This document shows positions 58,102 to 64,000 of a stretch of 64,000 nucleotides of DNA, in pieces. This DNA comes from Candidatus Bathyarchaeota archaeon (GTDB lineage Archaea > Thermoproteota > Bathyarchaeia > Bathyarchaeales > Bathycorpusculaceae). Location of the stretch: NCBI GenBank assembly GCA_022865885.1, contig JALHSQ010000055.1:61618-125617 (forward strand). Reading direction: 5' to 3'. The notes beneath the pieces were generated by a model, which did no database searches, was not told where the DNA came from, and saw only the letters and a list, made by a program, of their open reading frames with translations. The translations under genes and the position numbers were made by a program. Every line of letters starts with the position of its first letter. Within the stretch, counting starts at the first letter, position 1.

Positions 58102-59310
58102 CTAGTCGCTCCCAAAAATGTAGACGTAACCTTTGGTTCCGAAACCTTCGATTTCAAGCATGCATCCGTGCTTCAGTTCTTCGTCACTCTTGACTTGTCT
58201 ATCGCATGCTTCACCTCTCAATTGCTTGAAGAGTTCAAACACTTGGGCGCCGCCTGTAGCCCCTAGTGGATTTCCATCTGCCTTTAATCCGCCATTCATG
58301 TTTACGTAGAGTGGCTTCCCATCTACATTGTAGAAGCCGTCATAGTTTTGGCAGCTTTCATAAATGCTTCTCCACGCTTTCCCTGCTTCGAGGAACCCCA
58401 AGTCCTCCAGTGACACCATTTCCATAACCGTGGATTGGTCGTAAAGCTCGACGAGATGCAAGTCGGACAAGCTCACTCCAGCCATCTTCAGGGCATTTGT
58501 CATTGCCAACTTGCTTACAACAAAGTGAGTCAGGTCCTCCCTAGCTGGAAACGTTAGAAAATCTGTTGCAGAGGAAGAACCTAGAACGTGGACTGGCTTG
58601 TCTGTGAAGCTCTTAGCAACCTTGTCACTAGTCAAGACCAGTATAGCAGCCCCGTCAGAGACTGGAGCGTAATCGTAAAGGCCTAATAACTTGCGTGCTT
58701 CTTTTCTAGCGTTCAAGACATTCTCAACTGTAATCTTCCTTTGGTATTGAGCATACTCGTTCTTGGTTGCGTGCAAGTGATTCTTGACGGAGATCTGTGC
58801 CAAAGCGATGTAGAGTTTCTCAAGGTCTCCGCCTGATATGCCATATTTTTTTGTGTATGCTCGAAGCAGCAATTCATGATTTGCTTCCGGTGTGCAACCG
58901 GCATAGTAGCTCCATGGGTCTTCTAGTAGCATAAGGTCATCGCGGATCTTGTCCCATCGATCCGTCATTTTCTCTATGCCGCCAACCAAAACCATGTCAT
59001 ATCTGCCGGCGTTGATTGCGTTGCACGCGTTTGACAAAGCTGAGCTGAAGGAACGTGTAACCTCCATGGGAACGTGAAGCTCTGTGAGTTCAGAAAGAAA
59101 GCCTTCTTCGAGGCCAAGTTTGTTAGTAATTGGGAGGAAATAGTCTGAGAGGTAGCAGGCTTCTAAGTCTTTGCGCTCTATGCTGGTTTCAGCGGATGCT
59201 TTGAGCCATGCCTCTTCGATTAGAGTTTCAGGTTCCTTCTCGTAGTGTTCGCCGAATCTGGTTCTCCCAGCGGCAACCATGGCTGGTCGAATATGCATAT
59301 TCTCATACAT
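58102..59310 (-). CDS. Thiolase-family protein (archaeal acetoacetyl-CoA thiolase type), operonic with the HMGCS fusion
   Basis: Thiolase-like blocks, C-terminal NGGLKADGNPLGATGGAQ. 2-nt gap to the downstream gene. Confidence 0.75.
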   Translation of the reverse strand: MYENMHIRPAMVAAGRTRFGEHYEKEPETLIEEAWLKASAETSIERKDLEACYLSDYFLPITNKLGLEEGFLSELTELHVPMEVTRSFSSALSNACNAINAGRYDMVLVGGIEKMTDRWDKIRDDLMLLEDPWSYYAGCTPEANHELLLRAYTKKYGISGGDLEKLYIALAQISVKNHLHATKNEYAQYQRKITVENVLNARKEARKLLGLYDYAPVSDGAAILVLTSDKVAKSFTDKPVHVLGSSSATDFLTFPAREDLTHFVVSKLAMTNALKMAGVSLSDLHLVELYDQSTVMEMVSLEDLGFLEAGKAWRSIYESCQNYDGFYNVDGKPLYVNMNGGLKADGNPLGATGGAQVFELFKQLRGEACDRQVKSDEELKHGCMLEIEGFGTKGYVYIFGSD

Positions 59311-59542
59311 CCTTCATTTTAGTTAGCAATATCGCTTCAGGAATGGCTTTTAAGGGTTTGCCAAGACCACTTTAGTACTTGTGGTTCAGCTATTTGAGCA
59401 GAACGTTATGCTGTCCTGGGCGAACCCTGCAACCAATCGGTTGGGATTTGCTGCCTCTTCGCTCTTCTTATTATCGAGTCGTACATTCGCTTCCAAGAAC
59501 CTTATCAAAATCCTTGATCAAGTCTTGTTGTTGGATGTTCGC

Positions 59543-60688
59543 TTATTCTATTGTCGTCTCTTCAACTAATCTTATGCCGCGTCTTCCAAGTTCATTGATG
59601 AACATGTTAAAAAGTTCCTCTTTCATGCCTATCCTTTCTGGGGCGACTATGCCTGTCTCTTTTATGGATTTCTTAAGCATCAGTTGCGCGATGATCGAGG
59701 CTGGATATGCAGTTGTTCTAGCCATTGCTGTGATTCCGTGTTTTCTGTCAAAGAAGTCCAATAGGTGGTAAGAAAGAACTGTCTTCCTTCGATTCTTGGT
59801 GCCTTGCACACTGACCTCTAACACGACTATGTCTTTGATCCTAGGCATCCGGAGTTTTTGTCCCAGAAGCTTCGCAGTTAGTTTTCTTGGTGCTACTTTC
59901 AGGCCTCCGACGTCAACTTGTTTTTCATCAAATAACCCAAGGACTTTGAGGGTTTTGATCTTTTCAACGTGTCCCGGATATCTGAGTGTTTTCTCCCACA
60001 TGTCATCTACCCCAGTGATGGTGAAGAGTAGAGTTCTCAGTCCGTCAGTGTAAAATGCTTCAAGCTTGCCGACTTTCGGGATTTCGATTTCTTCCAAACC
60101 GCTTAGGGCTTGTATGTCCTTTCTCATGCCTTCTTTTACTATTCTTGCTTTCCGCGTGTATTCGTCGATGAGGCTTTCCGGAGACCACGTAATCGTGTAG
60201 CCTAAAGGCGGTACGGGTTTTTCTGGAAGTCCGCCAACCATCAGGTGGATGGCGTTGGTCTTATTCATCTGCTCTGTGGCGTGTCCAACTAGGACGTTGC
60301 TAATGCCTGGTGCTAGGCCGCAGTCAGGCACGATCGTGACACCTGCTTTCTTTGCTTTCTCATCTAGTGCCAAGGGGTTTTCAACCATGTAGGAAACGTC
60401 AACCAGATCCTTTTTGGCGCCAATGCATGCTTCGATGAAGTGATAACCCAGTTTTCCAGGTAGGAAGCCCATGATCAAGTCAAAGCCTCGTAAGGCTTGA
60501 GTGAGTTGATCGTGGTTTGTTACGTCAAGTTGAATCCACGAAGTGTTGTCAGTTCCGATGTTTTCAGCCACGATCTTGGCTCTTGTTCTGTCGTTGTCCG
60601 CGACGGTGACTTCATGGCTTGTGTTCTTAGCAAGATCGTCTGCTGCTGCAGAACCAATGTTTCCGCAACCGACTAATAGTACTCTCAT
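59543..60688 (-). CDS. Saccharopine dehydrogenase-family NAD(P)-dependent oxidoreductase
   Basis: MRVLLVGCGNIGSAAA Rossmann. Family length and blocks. Confidence 0.75.
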   Translation of the reverse strand: MRVLLVGCGNIGSAAADDLAKNTSHEVTVADNDRTRAKIVAENIGTDNTSWIQLDVTNHDQLTQALRGFDLIMGFLPGKLGYHFIEACIGAKKDLVDVSYMVENPLALDEKAKKAGVTIVPDCGLAPGISNVLVGHATEQMNKTNAIHLMVGGLPEKPVPPLGYTITWSPESLIDEYTRKARIVKEGMRKDIQALSGLEEIEIPKVGKLEAFYTDGLRTLLFTITGVDDMWEKTLRYPGHVEKIKTLKVLGLFDEKQVDVGGLKVAPRKLTAKLLGQKLRMPRIKDIVVLEVSVQGTKNRRKTVLSYHLLDFFDRKHGITAMARTTAYPASIIAQLMLKKSIKETGIVAPERIGMKEELFNMFINELGRRGIRLVEETTIE

Positions 60689-60815
60689 GGGTGCTACTGA
60701 TGAGTTTGTTTACAATAAAGCTTTCCTGACCAGTGACCGGGACTACATATTCCGATGATTGAGCATTATTTTGAAAGTCTTAAATACCGCAGTGCCAGTT
60801 ATACGTCTGAGCATC

Positions 60816-61124
60816 ATGGTTGAGATTTGTCCAACTTGCGGGCTTCCCAAGGACTTGTGCGCTTGCGGCGATATTGAAAAGGAACAGCAACGGATTCGCA
60901 TAAGGCTTGAAACACGAAAATACGGCAGACCAACTACTATAGTAGATGGTATCGACAACAAGACAACAGATCTAGCTGGAATGGCTCAAAAACTGAAGAA
61001 TTTCTGTGCTTGTGGAGGAACAGCAAAGAACGGTTTGGTTATCCTTCAAGGAGACCACAGAGACAAGATTCGCCAATTTCTGCTAGCTGCAGGTTATCCA
61101 GACGAAAACATACAGCTTCAGTAG
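60816..61124 (+). CDS. Translation initiation factor aSUI1/eIF1. Start taken at the internal ATG; the open frame begins at 60759
   Basis: ICPTCGLPKDLCACGDIEKEQQRIRIRLETRKYGRPTTIVDG...FCACGGTAKNGLVILQGDHRDKIRQFL is the SUI1 signature. Confidence 0.85.
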   Translation: MVEICPTCGLPKDLCACGDIEKEQQRIRIRLETRKYGRPTTIVDGIDNKTTDLAGMAQKLKNFCACGGTAKNGLVILQGDHRDKIRQFLLAAGYPDENIQLQ

Positions 61125-61140
61125 ACACAGCACAAAACGT

Positions 61141-61374
61141 GTGATCCTAAGGATGGGAAGACTAGGGAGCGTACGTGAGATTCTCAGAATATTGAAGCAT
61201 AGACGTCCATCGAAGATTTATTGCCCGAGATGTGCTGGGTCAAACATCCACTTGTCCAGCAGCCTTGACACTTGGTTGCTGCCACAGAGATACGTCTGTG
61301 AGGATTGCGGATACGCTGGCTCCATTGTGATGGAACTTGAAAAAGAGGAAACTGGAGAGCCTCATTCTTCCTAG
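61141..61374 (+). CDS. Small zinc-ribbon protein (CPRCAG...CEDCGYAG)
   Basis: Two CxxC pairs. 77 aa. Confidence 0.4.
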   Translation: MILRMGRLGSVREILRILKHRRPSKIYCPRCAGSNIHLSSSLDTWLLPQRYVCEDCGYAGSIVMELEKEETGEPHSS

Positions 61375-62309
61375 TCTGGAACCAACAGACATAGTTGTCT
61401 CTTAAGCGTTTTGTACCTGTTTCGAACAGTGACTTCAGTCACTCCAGCGGCTTCAGCTATGTCCTTCTGAGTTTTCTTCTCGTTGTTTTGCAGGCATGCG
61501 ATGTAAAGTGCTGCTGCGGCCAAGCCCATTGGGTCTTTGCCGGCGGCTGCCCTTCTTTTTCTGGCCTCTCTAAGGATTTGTATGGCTTTTCCTTGGGTTT
61601 TGCCTGATATTCCAGTGTTTTCAGCAATCTTCGAAACATAGGTTAATGGGTCAGCGATAGGCATGTGAACATCTAATTCGCGGAGTAGTAGTCTGTAGCA
61701 TCGTGCAACGTCTTTCTTGTTGACTAGGCTCGCTTCTGCTATCTCGCGGAGTGTTCTGGGTGTTCCGCTCCCGCGACAAGCTGCGTAGAGTGAGGCTGCG
61801 GCTATAGCTGCGATAGATCTGCCTCGTACCAAGCCTTTGTCTAGGGCTTTGCGGTAGACGACTGCTGCCTTCTCCTTAATTGGAGGTGGAATGTAGACTT
61901 TGTCTGAGAGCCTGTCAAGCTCTGCCATGGCTTGTGCCAGGTTTCTGTCGATTGAGGAATGTACCCTGGATCGTATCTGCCACTTTCTCAGACGCCACAT
62001 TTGGAGGCGTGTTGATAGAGGGAGTTTTCTACCAAAAGCGTCTCGGTCAACTTGACTTATGGCCGTTGAAAGTCCTTTATCGTGAACAGAGTAGGATGTG
62101 GGCACGCCGACTCGGCTTCTTGACGCTTTTTCTTCTTGTGTAAATGCTCGCCATTCTGGCCCTTTGTCCATCATTTGCTCGTATACAACGAGACCGCAGT
62201 CGCCGCAGACAGTCTCGCCGGTGTCATAATCGTGAACGAGGTTTGAACTTCCGCATTCTGGACACTTGTCAACTAGACGTTGATGGGTTCTGGTTTCTTT
62301 CTTGCTCAA
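61371..62309 (-). CDS. tfb: Transcription initiation factor IIB (TFB)
   Basis: N-terminal Zn ribbon CPECGSSNLVHDYDTGETVCGDCG. Two cyclin-fold repeats. Confidence 0.9.
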   Translation of the reverse strand: MSKKETRTHQRLVDKCPECGSSNLVHDYDTGETVCGDCGLVVYEQMMDKGPEWRAFTQEEKASRSRVGVPTSYSVHDKGLSTAISQVDRDAFGRKLPLSTRLQMWRLRKWQIRSRVHSSIDRNLAQAMAELDRLSDKVYIPPPIKEKAAVVYRKALDKGLVRGRSIAAIAAASLYAACRGSGTPRTLREIAEASLVNKKDVARCYRLLLRELDVHMPIADPLTYVSKIAENTGISGKTQGKAIQILREARKRRAAAGKDPMGLAAAALYIACLQNNEKKTQKDIAEAAGVTEVTVRNRYKTLKRQLCLLVPD

Positions 62310-62519
62310 TTTCTTTGCTCCGGCTGACAGTGCGTAGAACCGTCACTTTCATTTTCCTATTTAGGGATTCGGAATCAGAAAAATGTCCATCCGGTCCCCG
62401 CGTGCCTTTTTACGTGAGCAGTCTTAATATATAAGCTTTACGATTTCTTCAAGAGTATTTGAATCAGAAATCCTGAATACTTAGGTTCGATTACGATTTG
62501 GCAAAGGAACATGGTTTAA

Positions 62520-63623
62520 GTGATAAGGCTACCTGAAAAGATAAGGAGAACACTGGAACGATTAGTTAATGGGCTTCAGAAGAAGGAATCCGTCTACGGA
62601 ATCGGCTTGTTTGGAAGTTGGAGTCGAGGCGATGCAGCACCGTCAAGCGACGTTGACCTCCTCATAGTTGACAGAGACTTGATTGATGAGGAATTCGTGG
62701 AACGTCTTGTGGTCGGCGGTCTGCATGTGGACTTGGACCATGTTCCGAAGAAATGGATTTGCGACGTGATCCCCCCGAGCTTGGATCAGAAACTTTATGA
62801 GATGCAAATCCTCTACGACCGTGACTGGTCACTGACCAACTCGAAGATGCTGATGACTAAACCTTATGGTTCAGCCGACAGAGTTCAGATCAGGACGGAA
62901 GCTCACGTCGTAGACTCGGACATATATTTGAGTCGTGCGACCTCCACTTTCGCAAGAGGCGACTATCGCAGTGGATGTCTCTTTGCGTCAACGGCTACTG
63001 AAAGCGTTTTTAGAGTTTTAGTCGAGATAGCGATGGTCCCATTTTCAAACAGCCACGCAATGGAATGCCTCGAGAGTTCAACGACAAAACTGGGAATGCA
63101 TGATCGGTTTAACCGATTCCTTGAGACATCAAGACTATGTGGTGCTGAGAGCGCAAAGGACAAGCTTAAACTGTTCAAGACAATCTCGAATGAATTCAGT
63201 GCAACCATTAAGCGTCGTCCACATGAGTTGAAGCAGGCTCAATTCAAAGTCCGATCCAACCTTGACTATTGCCTAAATCCTGATTTTCAGCATGGAATGA
63301 TCATGCGTACTAGTGCTTTGATTGATTCTGACAGGATGATTGAGGCGTTGCATTACATGAGCGGTGTTCTAATGGAGATCATTCAGAATAGTGTGTGGCT
63401 GAGGTCTTCAACCGGCAAAGCTAGAGTGGACAGTTCAATTCTCATGCGGTCTCTGGAAAACTTGGAAGAGAAGAACCCGAGAAACTACAAACAAGTCGTC
63501 GAGTTTCTGAATCTAGATAACGTTGAAAAGAATGACGCTACTCGTGCGATCAAGGAAACTCGGGAAACTATGCGTGTGGTACGCAGAAACAGGAAGGCTC
63601 TAATCGAAAAGCACTTATCCTGA
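62520..63623 (+). CDS. Nucleotidyltransferase-domain protein (MNT-like N-terminus with about 280-aa helical C-terminal region)
   Basis: GIGLFGSWSRGDAAPSSDVDLLIV. Confidence 0.55.
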   Translation: MIRLPEKIRRTLERLVNGLQKKESVYGIGLFGSWSRGDAAPSSDVDLLIVDRDLIDEEFVERLVVGGLHVDLDHVPKKWICDVIPPSLDQKLYEMQILYDRDWSLTNSKMLMTKPYGSADRVQIRTEAHVVDSDIYLSRATSTFARGDYRSGCLFASTATESVFRVLVEIAMVPFSNSHAMECLESSTTKLGMHDRFNRFLETSRLCGAESAKDKLKLFKTISNEFSATIKRRPHELKQAQFKVRSNLDYCLNPDFQHGMIMRTSALIDSDRMIEALHYMSGVLMEIIQNSVWLRSSTGKARVDSSILMRSLENLEEKNPRNYKQVVEFLNLDNVEKNDATRAIKETRETMRVVRRNRKALIEKHLS

Positions 63624-64000
63624 GTCTTCTCATGGATTTCCATCTTTTCAGCGTGCTTCGTTGATGCTCTTGGCAACGTTTTTATTCAGCTACTTTCAGC
63701 TTTGGATGGGTTTCACGGTTCAATCCAGCAAATGCAGCCTACGCCTGTTGGTTGCGACATGGTTTGAACCGTTGAAACCCTCTTCCTCAATTTCGATGAA
63801 ACATGCACGTCACGCGGGCTGCCGACTTGAAGTTCTGAACCAGAAATACTAGCGTGTAGCCTTGGATTGAACGAAACTCGACTGACAGCACGATAGCGGG
63901 GAAGACTTAAATTACTTCCAACTTCCTTTATTGGATTTCGAGGCTCAATACACCATAAGAATCTGAATTTACAACCCGCTTAATCAAGAACCGACTAGAA

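Noticed and set aside
1-64000. CRISPR arrays, rRNA genes, IS elements
   Set aside because: No regularly spaced direct repeats, no rRNA-like sequence and no transposase or integrase ORFs detected by eye.

Overview
This 64-kb window is most consistent with an archaeal (TACK-type, possibly Bathyarchaeia-like) chromosomal segment at about 45% GC. It carries TFB and aSUI1 genes and an intron-containing tRNA-Lys(UUU). There is a compact Cdv cell-division locus in the order cdvB-cdvA-cdvB'-vps4/cdvC. A methanogen-type C1 cluster is present: fwdD, fwdB, fwdA, fwdC, mch, fdhD, a RimK/MptN-like ATP-grasp gene and a CitG-like gene. Housekeeping and other genes include an Lhr helicase, ValRS, an HMG-CoA synthase/thiolase operon with a fused DUF35 domain, a multi-PAS histidine kinase, a flotillin, an ABC-2 exporter, a PPP phosphatase and an HDAC-family enzyme. 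The strongest hunt result is an operon at about 49.8-53.8 kb: a 543-aa signal-peptide/TM protein ending in a striking Cys-Ala repeat tail is followed directly by a radical SAM/SPASM maturase with an N-terminal PqqD-like RRE, then a ferritin-like gene. A second unusual region at 14.4-18.3 kb holds three tandem paralogs of an uncharacterised Pol-beta-type nucleotidyltransferase + OB-fold family, one of them co-oriented with a polytopic membrane protein. Other observations: a TPP riboswitch upstream of a ThiT-like transporter; a hicBA module whose 55-aa HicA is missing from the ORF track; a MobB P-loop encoded in frame directly after the TGA stop of a wHTH gene with no canonical start; a C-terminal remnant of an ABC-2 permease; and several GC-rich inverted/direct repeats in regulatory intergenic regions. 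No CRISPR array, integrase or transposase was seen. All functional calls are by eye from motifs and remembered family signatures. None is database-verified.
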